Below are positions 41,381 through 51,111 of a stretch of 64,000 bases of DNA, piece by piece. Positions within the stretch are counted from its first letter, which is position 1; each line of letters starts with the position of its first letter. The notes below the pieces were generated by a model that ran no database searches, had not been told where the DNA came from, and saw nothing but the letters and a program-made list of their open reading frames with translations. This DNA is from an uncultured Prochlorococcus sp. GTDB taxonomy: Bacteria; Cyanobacteriota; Cyanobacteriia; PCC-6307; Cyanobiaceae. The translations under genes and the position numbers were made by a program. The DNA is taken from NCBI GenBank assembly GCA_902538225.1, contig CACBEF010000002.1, positions 96,563 to 160,562 on the forward strand, given 5' to 3'.

Positions 41381-42316
41381 TTAAATAAATGTTATTCCCT
41401 TTTCAAGGAAAGTGCAAACCCATGAATCGTAACCATTATCTTTAAATAATTTATAATTTGCAGTTAATTCTTTTTTAGCAGTATCTAAATCTTTAAAGAT
41501 TGCAAAGCATGTGGGGCCTGATCCACTCATTGAAAATCCCAGACTATTCTCTAATTTAGAAAGTAAATATAATGCCTGCTTTACAGAATCATTTACATTT
41601 TCAACAACTAACTGCAAATCATTTTTTATAGTTAAATGTTGATTGTCAGAATTTAAGTTATTTAAACCATTATCTCTTAAATCTTTTCTTATGTTCTCAA
41701 TCATTTCTCTATTTGTAAGATATTGATCACAAAATCTATTACTATATTTTTTATAAGTTTCAGCAGTAGATACTGATACATTTGGATCTTTTAAAAGAAT
41801 TACTCCATATTCAAAGTTTGAATCTAGTTTCTCTAAAATTTCGCCTCTTCCAAAACATAATTGAATACCACCATTTATAAAAAATGGAATATCAGATCCT
41901 AAAGTTGATGCTAATGAAAATAATGTTTCTTGATCTAAGTTCAAATCCCATAATTTATTAAGACCAATTAATGTTGCTGCTGCATTACTGGATCCACCAG
42001 CTAATCCTGCACCAATTGGAATATTTTTTCTTAAAAATATATTTGCACCTAAATCTATTTTTGATTTTTTCCTTAAAAGATTTGCAGACTTAACAATTAA
42101 GTTATCACTAGATAAGCTTAAAACATTACAATCAGAATCAAGCTTAACTAAACCTTCATTGTTAATTTGAAATTCTAAATAATCAGAAAGATCAATATTT
42201 TGCATAATCATTGCTAACTCATGGAATCCATCCTCTCTTTTTCCAATAACTTCAAGGTGTAAATTTATTTTGGCGGGAGATTTTATAATAATTTTAGTTT
42301 TAGCTAAATCTTGCAT
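41381..42316 (-). CDS. ispE: 4-diphosphocytidyl-2-C-methyl-D-erythritol kinase
   Basis: PAKINLHL, IPIGAGLAGGSS, LGSDIPFF, MSGSGP. Confidence 0.96.
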   Translation of the reverse strand: MQDLAKTKIIIKSPAKINLHLEVIGKREDGFHELAMIMQNIDLSDYLEFQINNEGLVKLDSDCNVLSLSSDNLIVKSANLLRKKSKIDLGANIFLRKNIPIGAGLAGGSSNAAATLIGLNKLWDLNLDQETLFSLASTLGSDIPFFINGGIQLCFGRGEILEKLDSNFEYGVILLKDPNVSVSTAETYKKYSNRFCDQYLTNREMIENIRKDLRDNGLNNLNSDNQHLTIKNDLQLVVENVNDSVKQALYLLSKLENSLGFSMSGSGPTCFAIFKDLDTAKKELTANYKLFKDNGYDSWVCTFLEKGITFI

Positions 42317-42328
42317 ATACTTAAATTT

Positions 42329-43153
42329 TTATTTTTTAATTTTAATACAACTTTCTGCAAGCTTAATCCATTGATCAATTGAAATATCTTGTGGTCTTAA
42401 ATTAAAACAAACTTTTGAATATTCAGATAGTTCATTTATCTCTTCATTTGAAAGTATTGAATTAAGAGTATTTCTAAGCATTTTTCTTCTTGAATTAAAT
42501 GAAATTCGAAGAAGTTTATCTATATATTGTTCTAAACTAATATCTAATCTTAAATCATTTTTAATTGGTTCGAAAACTACTAAAGAAGAAAAAACTTTTG
42601 GAGGAGGACTAAATGATGAAGGCGGTACATCACAAATTTTTTTTATTTTTGATAAGAGTTGCATTCTTACACTAAGCGCACCAGCATTGGGACTTCCCTC
42701 TTTTGACAAAATTCTATCTACAACGTCTTTCTGCATTAAAAAAATTATTTTTTCGTAATTATAGTTTCTTATAATGCCCAATCGCCCTATGAAAATATCC
42801 AATATTGGGCCAGTTATATTGTAAGGAATATTTGCAATCACTTTTGTAATCTTCTTGTTAATCGAATCTAAATTTACATTAAGAATATCTCCCTGCTGAA
42901 GTGAAAAGTTATCATAATTATTGAATTTATCACTTAATAAATTTATTAAATCTTTATCTAATTCAATCGCATGTAATTTTTTAATTTCTGAATCTAGTAA
43001 CTTAGATGTTAAAGCTCCTCTACCTGGACCAATTTCTAAAATAAAGTCATTTTCATTAAGAACAGCAATTTCTTTAATTTTTTCTAATATTTTTTTATTT
43101 ACCAACCAGTGTTGTCCAAATCTTTTTTTTTGATGATAGTTTTTAGAATTCAT
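42329..43153 (-). CDS. rsmA: 16S rRNA m6,2A dimethyltransferase
   Basis: [29 protein letters not shown]. Confidence 0.96.
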   Translation of the reverse strand: MNSKNYHQKKRFGQHWLVNKKILEKIKEIAVLNENDFILEIGPGRGALTSKLLDSEIKKLHAIELDKDLINLLSDKFNNYDNFSLQQGDILNVNLDSINKKITKVIANIPYNITGPILDIFIGRLGIIRNYNYEKIIFLMQKDVVDRILSKEGSPNAGALSVRMQLLSKIKKICDVPPSSFSPPPKVFSSLVVFEPIKNDLRLDISLEQYIDKLLRISFNSRRKMLRNTLNSILSNEEINELSEYSKVCFNLRPQDISIDQWIKLAESCIKIKK

Positions 43154-43209
43154 CTAAAAGATAAATAATATGTTTAAATTAAATATGAATTTATTTAATA
43201 CTTTATATC

Positions 43210-43542
43210 ATGAGCTTATCAAAAAAAAATTTAGATAAACTCAATAAATTTAAAAAAAATAAAAATTTAAATAACGAAAGTAAAAATATAAATAATTACA
43301 CAAATATATCTAACAAAGATAATTTAATCTCTAATCCACTTAATTCAGAAGATCCCAATAAAATTTTTTATTCGACAATTGATAATTCAGAATCCTTAGA
43401 AGAGACTTCTAACGTTAATAATTCACTAAGAAAAAGTGAGTTTAATCAAATTAATATGTATTCTAGAAAAGCTAATTTTTCTAAGAAGTTAACAACCGAA
43501 GAGGAACTATATGATGAATTTAATTATCTTCTTGATGAATAA
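43210..43542 (+). CDS. Hypothetical N/K-rich protein
   Basis: 110-aa ORF filling the gap before rlmH; acidic C-terminal helix EEELYDEFNYLLDE. Confidence 0.6.
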   Translation: MSLSKKNLDKLNKFKKNKNLNNESKNINNYTNISNKDNLISNPLNSEDPNKIFYSTIDNSESLEETSNVNNSLRKSEFNQINMYSRKANFSKKLTTEEELYDEFNYLLDE

Positions 43543-43561
43543 TTAGTTTTAATATTTACTT

Positions 43562-43978
43562 ATGCTTCAGAGTAATAGATTAACAATTTATGCTATCGGC
43601 AAGGTAAAGAAACTTTGGATTAGAGATGGAATTAATCAATACAAAAAAAGAATGCCTGAACTTATCATTAATGAGTTAAAGACTTTTAATTTACATAACC
43701 TTAGATCCAATAATAATATTATTATCTGCCTAAGTGAAGAAGGGAAGCAATTTAATTCAGTTGAACTATCTTCTTTACTCTTAAATTTTAAAAATAAAAA
43801 AATTAATTTCTTAATTGGTGATACTGATGGAATTAGTTTAGATATAAAAAAAAATTCAGATCTCATACTAAGTCTCTCTCCTTTAACTTTTCCTCATGAA
43901 TTAGCTAGATTAATCCTAATCGAGCAAATTTATAGAGCTGTTTCTATATCTAACAACTCCCCCTACCATCGTTCTTAA
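43562..43978 (+). CDS. rlmH: 23S rRNA pseudouridine-1915 methyltransferase
   Basis: [38 protein letters not shown]. Confidence 0.92.
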   Translation: MLQSNRLTIYAIGKVKKLWIRDGINQYKKRMPELIINELKTFNLHNLRSNNNIIICLSEEGKQFNSVELSSLLLNFKNKKINFLIGDTDGISLDIKKNSDLILSLSPLTFPHELARLILIEQIYRAVSISNNSPYHRS

Positions 43979-44049
43979 AAAGATTAGATTCAATCTAAAA
44001 TTAATCTGTAAAACTTTAACAACTAACTATTTTTTGAATTTTTATTATA

Positions 44050-44065
44050 TAGTACATATATACCA
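44050..44065 (+). promoter_or_regulatory. Probable LexA (SOS) box upstream of umuD
   Basis: TAGTACA-TA-TATACCA; perfect left half and degenerate right half of the cyanobacterial AGTAC-N4-GTACT palindrome, 12 nt before umuD. Confidence 0.6.
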
Positions 44066-44077
44066 TTCATTTAAGTC

Positions 44078-44494
44078 TTGGATTCCTTTGATTCAGCTAC
44101 TAAAAAGTTCAGACTCCCCTTATTAAATGATTCAGTATCTGCAGGATTTCCTTCTCCCGCAGATGACTATACGGAAGAAAATATTGATTTAAATGAACAT
44201 TTAATATCTAATCCATTTAGCACTTTTTTTCTTAGAGTTAAAGGTGACTCAATGATAAATGCAGGAATTAAAGATAAAGATTTAATAATAGTAGACAAGA
44301 GTTTAATAGCCAAGCCAGGGAATATTGTCATTGCAATGATAGACGGGGAATTTACAATAAAAAGATTATCTATAAAAAATGATGAATTATATTTAAAAGC
44401 AGAAAATCATAATTATCCAGATTTTAGCTTTAAAAACCATATTGATGTACAGATATGGGGAGTTGTTATTTATTCAATACATGGCTATTTATGA
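44078..44494 (+). CDS. umuD: DNA polymerase V subunit UmuD (S24 peptidase)
   Basis: VSAGFPSPA cleavage region, VKGDSM (Ser), FTIKRL (Lys). Confidence 0.92.
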   Translation: MDSFDSATKKFRLPLLNDSVSAGFPSPADDYTEENIDLNEHLISNPFSTFFLRVKGDSMINAGIKDKDLIIVDKSLIAKPGNIVIAMIDGEFTIKRLSIKNDELYLKAENHNYPDFSFKNHIDVQIWGVVIYSIHGYL

Positions 44495-45777
44495 GAATTT
44501 CAAGTATTGATGCTATAGCTCTTATAGACGCTAATAATTTTTATGCATCATGTGAACAAAATATTAATCCTAATTTGAGAAATCAACCAGTAGTAATTTT
44601 ATCTAATAATGATGGATGTATCATTGCGAGAAGTCCTGAAGCGCGAGCTTTAAAAATTAAAATGGGAACTCCTTATTTTAAGATCAAAGAAAAATTAAAT
44701 AAATTAGATATAGCAGTTTTAAGCTCAAACTACTCGCTTTACGGCGATATGAGCAGAAGACTGATGAATTTATTAAAAAACTACTGTGAAGAAATAGAAA
44801 TTTATTCTATTGACGAAGCATTTGTCTCGATTTCTAGACCTAATGATAAGAATCTATATCCTTGGGCAAGAAACATAAGATCATTAATATATCAGAATCT
44901 AGGGATTACAATAACAGTAGGAATAGGAGAAAATAAAGTGAGAGCAAAAATTGCTAATAAATTAGCTAAAAATATTGATTATTCAGCTGGAATATTTGAT
45001 TTAGCTAGAACCAGAAATGAGAATAATTATTTGAAAAGAATTAGTGTAGATAAAATATGGGGAGTCGGAAAACAAACCTCTAATTGGTTACAAAGTAAAG
45101 GAATTAAAAATGCTAAAGAATTAAGAGATATGGAAGAAAATGAAATCATCAAGAAATTAGGCATCGTAGGGAAAAGATTGCAATTAGAACTGAAAGGTCA
45201 TAAATGTTTGCCTATAGAAAAAAGCAAGAGATCAAAAAAAGAAATTCAGGTAAGCCGGAGTTTCGGTACTCCTGTCACAAAATTAGAAGACTTAACACAA
45301 GCACTGGCGACTCACGCAATAAAAGCGTCTGAAAAAATGAGAAGTCAGAACTTGCAATCATCTGATATTAGAGTATTTGCTAGAACCAGTAAATATTCAA
45401 GTCAAAATTATCAAAGAAGTGCTCATAGAAAACTTACAAATGCAACAGACGACACAAACATCATTTTAAAAATAGTAGTTGAATTATCTAAAGAAATTTA
45501 TAATCCCGAATATAAATTTTCAAAAGCTGGCGTTTTAATGCAGGATTTAACTAATCGCGAATATTTACAGCAATCAGTTATCAATTACAAATCTCAGAAA
45601 GACCTAAAAAAATCAGCAAATCTAATGAGAACTATTGATTTATTAAATAAAAGATTTAATAACAATGCAATTACATGGGCTATTACAAAAACGCCAAAAA
45701 GTTGGATGATGAATAAGAATTTCTTAAGTCACTCATCTACAACCGATATAGACCATCTCCCAACTATAGTAAATTAA
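44491..45777 (+). CDS. umuC: Y-family DNA polymerase V subunit UmuC
   Basis: DANNFYASCE, LSNNDGC, YSIDEAF, KAGV; ATGA overlap with umuD. Confidence 0.94.
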   Translation: MRISSIDAIALIDANNFYASCEQNINPNLRNQPVVILSNNDGCIIARSPEARALKIKMGTPYFKIKEKLNKLDIAVLSSNYSLYGDMSRRLMNLLKNYCEEIEIYSIDEAFVSISRPNDKNLYPWARNIRSLIYQNLGITITVGIGENKVRAKIANKLAKNIDYSAGIFDLARTRNENNYLKRISVDKIWGVGKQTSNWLQSKGIKNAKELRDMEENEIIKKLGIVGKRLQLELKGHKCLPIEKSKRSKKEIQVSRSFGTPVTKLEDLTQALATHAIKASEKMRSQNLQSSDIRVFARTSKYSSQNYQRSAHRKLTNATDDTNIILKIVVELSKEIYNPEYKFSKAGVLMQDLTNREYLQQSVINYKSQKDLKKSANLMRTIDLLNKRFNNNAITWAITKTPKSWMMNKNFLSHSSTTDIDHLPTIVN

Positions 45778-45786
45778 AAAAATGAA

Positions 45787-46254
45787 ATGGAATTTATTAT
45801 ATTTTTAAGCAAAATAGATAAAGAGATTCTTGACTTATTAATAAAAGCAAACTACATAGTTGAAGAAAATAAAATTGAATGTCTCTTAAATAAAGAAATA
45901 AAAGGCCTACATAATTTTTTAGAAAATAAAATAATAATATGTACTGAAAATGCAAAAAGGAAAACAAATTATAGAGATGAAAAGAAGCGACCAAACAAAG
46001 ATAACTTCAAAACAGAATTAGCAATAAGAAAAGCATTAAGACATGAAGCTACACATGCTATCCAAAAATGTAACAACAATAAAACAGTCGGGGATATAAA
46101 AAATTTAGAAGGTAAATTACATCAAAGTAAGAGGAAATCATTAGAGTTCTCTACTTCCAATTTTTCTGGAACTTATGCAAAAGAAGTAGAAGCTTATATT
46201 CTTGAAGAAAAGCCTAAAAAGGTAAAAAATATGATTAAAAAATACTGCCTATAA
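45787..46254 (+). CDS. Hypothetical protein with HExxH metallopeptidase-like motif
   Basis: LRHEATHAIQ and downstream EVEAY; 9 nt after umuC. Confidence 0.7.
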   Translation: MEFIIFLSKIDKEILDLLIKANYIVEENKIECLLNKEIKGLHNFLENKIIICTENAKRKTNYRDEKKRPNKDNFKTELAIRKALRHEATHAIQKCNNNKTVGDIKNLEGKLHQSKRKSLEFSTSNFSGTYAKEVEAYILEEKPKKVKNMIKKYCL

Positions 46255-46270
46255 ATTTAAATAAAATATG

Positions 46271-48304
46271 TTAACTAGCAATAAAATTGCCACAGCGTTG
46301 TTTATCTAAAAAATTTATATGTTGTCTTTCTAAGTAATATAGTTCCTGAAATTTAATAGCATCTGAGTTTAAATCCTTAAAAAGATCATCGATCTCTGTA
46401 TTAGTGTCTGATAAACCAGAAGAGGGATTATCAATCAAGATAGATATACAATTTTCTAAGGTTTTTAATCTTTGAGATCCCCAAGATTCGATCAAGTGTC
46501 TACATCTTTTTAAAGAATTATATTTCTCAAGAAGTGATAAAGTTCCAAGTAAATTATCTTTAGAATTACTCAGCAATGTTAAAAACAATTCATTAGGATT
46601 AACAAAACTATTAATTTTATTTGATGAGTCAGGATTATTAAGAGCTAAGTAGTCAGGTAGAAGTGAAATTAGGTTAATGGCAGAAAACTCTTTTTGAAGG
46701 ATTTGACTATTTGATTGTTTTAATTCATTTAAATAATTTAAACCAAGATTATTTTGTTCAACTTTTGAGATAGATTCCCATAAATTTTGAATATAATTAG
46801 TATTAAAACCATTAATTTCTCTTTTGAGAAATTCATCGCGAATAAATAACCGAAGATCAGGACAATGCAAATAATAAAAGATTATTTCCGATTCATTTTT
46901 CTCACGCCGAGAAATTTCATTTGGTTGTTCAAATTTTTTTGATCTACCATGCCAGCGGAATCCCTTAACTTGGTTTCTTAAATCTTGTTCAAACTGTATC
47001 GCTAACCTTGCTTGTCCCTTACTCAAGCGTTCGGAAACTTTTTGCAAGTAATGAGTTCTTGTTGATGATTGAGGTAATTTGCTCAACAATTTAACTAAGG
47101 AAGAAATAACACTCTGGAAATTTTCAGACTTAGATAAATCTTTATCTTTAAAGATCTGATCAATCTCCCAATCAATCCAAAAGGATGAATTATCAATTAA
47201 ATTAAAATAATCTCCTCTAGTATGACTATTCAAAAATTCGTCAGGATCTTTAAAATCATTAAGTTGAAGTATCTTAAGATTAATTTGATCATGGAGAGAT
47301 AAAGTTTCAACTTCTTTTATTACCCTTTTTGTAGCTAATATCCCTGCATTATCAGAATCAAAATTTAAGATTATATTTTTATTATCCGTACATCTACATA
47401 GTTGAGAAATTTGATACTTATTCAATGCAGTACCGAGGGAAGCGACAGAATTATCAACACCTTTTGAATGAAGAGCAATTACATCAAAGTATCCTTCAAC
47501 AATAATAGCTTTGTCTCTTTTTCTTATATTGCTAGATGCTTTTTCAAATGCAAATAACATTTTCCCTTTTTCAAATATCTCTGATTCAGGAGAATTAAGA
47601 TATTTTGGTTCCTGTCCATCAAGAGATCTTCCTCCAAAGGCAACTACACGCCCCTGCATATCATGTATTGGAACTATTAATCTATTTCTAAAACGATCAT
47701 AAATCTTATCAGAATTATCTTTAGAAATTGCAAGACCTGAAGCCAATATTAGATTAATAGGAAATTTTTCTACCTTAGTAAGATAATTAAATAAATCATT
47801 CCATGAATTTGGGGCAAAACCCAATTCAAATTCATCAATAATTTTATTACTTAAGTTTCTCTTGGATCTGAGATATTTCATAGCTTCAACACCCAGAGAA
47901 TTATGTAATTGAGACTTAAACCAATTTTTAGTGACTCTTAATATTTTATAAAGCTCTTCCTTTCTAGATAATTGTTTTTTATAAGCTTCTACTTGGAGAC
48001 CATCAAGACTTTCAACATTAATATTATTTTTTTTAGCAAGAGAAAGTACAACATCAGAAAAATTTGCACGAGTAAATTCCATTAAGAATTTAATTGAGTT
48101 ACCACCAGCACCACAAGAAAAACAATAATAGAATTGTTTATTTGGTGATACTGTCATAGATGGTTTAGTATCATCATGAAAAGGACAAATCCCAACGAAT
48201 TCCTTCCCTTTCTTCTTAAGAACAATATGTTCAGATATAACATCAACAATATCTGCTTTTTCCTTAACCTCTTGAATAGTTCTTGGGTGTATAGAATGAA
48301 CCAT
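46271..48304 (-). CDS. dnaG: DNA primase
   Basis: CPFHDD..PS zinc finger, KYLNSPE, VEGYFDV, FDSD.AG, KDPDE. Confidence 0.96.
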   Translation of the reverse strand: MVHSIHPRTIQEVKEKADIVDVISEHIVLKKKGKEFVGICPFHDDTKPSMTVSPNKQFYYCFSCGAGGNSIKFLMEFTRANFSDVVLSLAKKNNINVESLDGLQVEAYKKQLSRKEELYKILRVTKNWFKSQLHNSLGVEAMKYLRSKRNLSNKIIDEFELGFAPNSWNDLFNYLTKVEKFPINLILASGLAISKDNSDKIYDRFRNRLIVPIHDMQGRVVAFGGRSLDGQEPKYLNSPESEIFEKGKMLFAFEKASSNIRKRDKAIIVEGYFDVIALHSKGVDNSVASLGTALNKYQISQLCRCTDNKNIILNFDSDNAGILATKRVIKEVETLSLHDQINLKILQLNDFKDPDEFLNSHTRGDYFNLIDNSSFWIDWEIDQIFKDKDLSKSENFQSVISSLVKLLSKLPQSSTRTHYLQKVSERLSKGQARLAIQFEQDLRNQVKGFRWHGRSKKFEQPNEISRREKNESEIIFYYLHCPDLRLFIRDEFLKREINGFNTNYIQNLWESISKVEQNNLGLNYLNELKQSNSQILQKEFSAINLISLLPDYLALNNPDSSNKINSFVNPNELFLTLLSNSKDNLLGTLSLLEKYNSLKRCRHLIESWGSQRLKTLENCISILIDNPSSGLSDTNTEIDDLFKDLNSDAIKFQELYYLERQHINFLDKQRCGNFIAS

Positions 48305-48398
48305 TGAGATTTTTATCAAAGAATAATGAATGATTTATTTGTTATAGGTCAAAATCAAATAAGAATCTACTTAATTTCACAAAAAAACTATTTTTTAA

Positions 48399-49289
48399 AT
48401 GTTGAATATCGAGGAATTAGAAAAAAAATTTAATTCATTGAATAAGTTTAATTTAGTATTTGCCTCATTCTTCTTCAGTTTGATGACTTTGTGCGTAAAA
48501 AATATTGATAAAAGGATACCTATTTATGAATTGGTTTTATTCAGATCATTTTTAAGTTTAATAATTACATTATTTATAATTAATCTAAAAAATATAAATC
48601 CATGGGGCATAAATAGACCATTACTTGTCTTAAGAGGTGTTTTAGGAACTTTGGCTTTAGTTTGTATTTTTTATGCGATAAGAAATATGCCCCTTAGTAT
48701 ATCTACAATCATTCAGTACACATATCCTATTTTTATATCTATATTTGCTGGCATATTTATAAACGAAAAAATAACTCTTAATATAATTTTTGCTTTAGTT
48801 ATTGGCTGGATTGGAATATTAATAATCTTAAATCCAAGTCAATTATCAAATATAAACGTTGAAATTGAAAATGTTTCGATTTCTATAGCATTTCTTGGAG
48901 CAATCTGCACCGCATTGGCTTACGTTACAGTTAAGAAACTTTCATTTACTGAAGATGTTTATGTAATTATTGAATATTTTCCACTTGTTTCTTTTATAAC
49001 TTTATTGCCAATTGTATTAATTAACTGGGTTACCCCAAATTTGAATGAATTAGTTTGGATAATAGGTATTGGCTTATTTACTCAATTAGGTCAGACTTTC
49101 TTAACGATAGGATTAAAAAATTTACCTGCTTCTGAAGCATCAACAATTAACTATTTACAAGTTTTATTCGGTTCAATTTGGGGGATTTTGTTTTTTAGTG
49201 AAATAATAAACATAAATTTTTTATTAGGAGCATCACTAGTTTTATTAGGAACTATTATATCTACTACCAAAATAATCAAAAGGACATAG
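48399..49289 (+). CDS. DMT/EamA family transporter
   Basis: About 10 TM helices in two EamA-like halves; ends FFSEII...LLGASLV. Confidence 0.85.
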   Translation: MLNIEELEKKFNSLNKFNLVFASFFFSLMTLCVKNIDKRIPIYELVLFRSFLSLIITLFIINLKNINPWGINRPLLVLRGVLGTLALVCIFYAIRNMPLSISTIIQYTYPIFISIFAGIFINEKITLNIIFALVIGWIGILIILNPSQLSNINVEIENVSISIAFLGAICTALAYVTVKKLSFTEDVYVIIEYFPLVSFITLLPIVLINWVTPNLNELVWIIGIGLFTQLGQTFLTIGLKNLPASEASTINYLQVLFGSIWGILFFSEIININFLLGASLVLLGTIISTTKIIKRT

Positions 49290-49314
49290 AATACTACTAG
49301 AGTAAAAAAAAACG

Positions 49315-49671
49315 GTGAAATTTTACTATTTAGCTTTATTATTTTGTTTTTCTCCTATTGTTCAAGTTAAAGCTACAACTCCAAAGTCAGTAACTTGTAC
49401 AAGAACTGAATATAGAGAGGAGTATATTCCTGGAACGAAATCAAACCCAGGCTACGTTAAAAGCTATGAAGTTGACGTTGTAATACCTTGTGGCGGTCAA
49501 AGTAAAGCCGAAAAAATTGATGACAATGACTGTAGTGAAGGCTCTGTTATTGGAGGTATTCTTGGCGCTGGGATAGCATTATCCTCCTCTAGGGGTAAAG
49601 ACAGATTTTGGGCCGTACCTGCTGGTGGTACTGCAGGAGCGCTAATTGGATGTCAAGTGGATGGTGGTTAA
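49315..49671 (+). CDS. Secreted/envelope protein with glycine zipper
   Basis: Signal peptide; C-TRTEYREEY.PG motif; GSVIGGILGAG...GGTAGALIG. Confidence 0.75.
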   Translation: MKFYYLALLFCFSPIVQVKATTPKSVTCTRTEYREEYIPGTKSNPGYVKSYEVDVVIPCGGQSKAEKIDDNDCSEGSVIGGILGAGIALSSSRGKDRFWAVPAGGTAGALIGCQVDGG

Positions 49672-50349
49672 TTGATTAGTTGGATAAATGGAGAGTTGGT
49701 TGAGTTATGGCAAACTAATCAAAAATTTTTTGTATTAATAAATTGTCAAGGATTAGGATATGAAATACAAATACTAGAATCCTTTTTTCTCAAATTAAAA
49801 ACAAATCAGATATCTAATAAAAAAATCACTATTTGGTTAAAACATATTAAGAAAGAAGATTCAGATTTATTATTTGGATTTACATCAAAGGATCAAAAAA
49901 ATTTCTTTATTGAAATTTTAAGTATCAGAGGTGTTGGATCTCAAATCGGTATGGGGATATTAAATAAATTTTCCATTAGTGAAGTTATCAACGCAATAAA
50001 GACGCAAAACAAAAAATTAATTTGTTCAGTACCTGGAGTAGGACAAAAAATGTGTGATCGGTTAATTTTAGAATTAAAAAATAAATTTAAAAGTGAAATA
50101 CAATTTGAAGATAATAAAGGCAAAGATGAATTTGAGATTAATGATCCTGAAACTAATAAAATGATCCAGGATCTTCAGTTAACCCTTAAATCATTAAATT
50201 ACAAAAATAAAGAAATCAATAGTATTTTGCCAATTATTTACAAAGAAGTAGATCTCCTTGCTCAAAAAGAAGATAATTTATCATTTGAAAATTTATTGAA
50301 ATTAGCTATGAATTATCTAGATAAGGATAGTAGTAATTTAGCTAGATGA
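49672..50349 (+). CDS. ruvA: Holliday junction branch-migration protein RuvA
   Basis: MISWING, GLGYEI, LFGF, RGVG, VPGVG.K..RLILELK. Confidence 0.93.
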   Translation: MISWINGELVELWQTNQKFFVLINCQGLGYEIQILESFFLKLKTNQISNKKITIWLKHIKKEDSDLLFGFTSKDQKNFFIEILSIRGVGSQIGMGILNKFSISEVINAIKTQNKKLICSVPGVGQKMCDRLILELKNKFKSEIQFEDNKGKDEFEINDPETNKMIQDLQLTLKSLNYKNKEINSILPIIYKEVDLLAQKEDNLSFENLLKLAMNYLDKDSSNLAR

Positions 50350-50381
50350 CGTAGTATCATAGAGTAAAAGAAATAAATTTT

Positions 50382-50651
50382 ATGTCATTAGATACAGCTG
50401 AAAAACAGAAGCTAATTGAGACTCATCAAGTTCATCCAACTGATACAGGTTCAGCTGAAGTTCAAGTAGCAATGCTTTCAAAAAGAATATCGAAATTAAG
50501 TGACCACCTCCAAGTAAACATTCATGATTTCGCTTCAAGGCAAGGATTATTAAAAATGATTGGCAAAAGGAAAAGATTACTATCTTTCGTAAAAGAAAAA
50601 AACATTCAGAGATATCAAGATCTAATAAAGAAAATTGGAATCAGAGGATGA
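50382..50651 (+). CDS. rpsO: 30S ribosomal protein S15
   Basis: [26 protein letters not shown]. Confidence 0.97.
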   Translation: MSLDTAEKQKLIETHQVHPTDTGSAEVQVAMLSKRISKLSDHLQVNIHDFASRQGLLKMIGKRKRLLSFVKEKNIQRYQDLIKKIGIRG

Positions 50652-50660
50652 TTTCAATTA

Positions 50661-51110
50661 ATGAAAAAAAAGCAATCTAAAAAAAAGACACAATCCAAGA
50701 AGAAAAAAAATTATCAAGAGAAAACTGTGTTTGCTAATCTAGAAAAAGCATCTAGTACTGAAACTACACCAAAGAGATCATCAAGTGGGATACCTAAATA
50801 TGTTGCAGATAGAATGGCAAGAAGAATATTTTTTACAGCAGGAATACCCACAATATTAGGGATGTCTGTTTTTGTTGTTAGCTATATTATAGTTTCAAGA
50901 AATATTGCTGAAATACCCCCTTCATCAACAATTGCAATTTCAGCATTGTTTTTTTTGTTAGGTATAGCAGGATTAAGTTTTGGAATATTATCAGCCAGTT
51001 GGGATAAAGAGCCTGGATCATTTTTTGGTATTGAAAATATTCCAATGAACATACAACGTGCAAAAGCTGCCTTCAAACCTGCAACTCAAAATTTCGAGGA
51101 TAAAAGCTAA
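50661..51110 (+). CDS. PAM68 family PSII assembly protein
   Basis: IP.YVADRMARRI, GILSASWD..PGS. Confidence 0.85.
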   Translation: MKKKQSKKKTQSKKKKNYQEKTVFANLEKASSTETTPKRSSSGIPKYVADRMARRIFFTAGIPTILGMSVFVVSYIIVSRNIAEIPPSSTIAISALFFLLGIAGLSFGILSASWDKEPGSFFGIENIPMNIQRAKAAFKPATQNFEDKS

Positions 51111-51111
51111 G

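Noticed and set aside
44078-45777. umuDC as cargo of a mobile element
   Set aside because: No flanking repeats, integrase or compositional shift; embedded between rlmH and dnaG.
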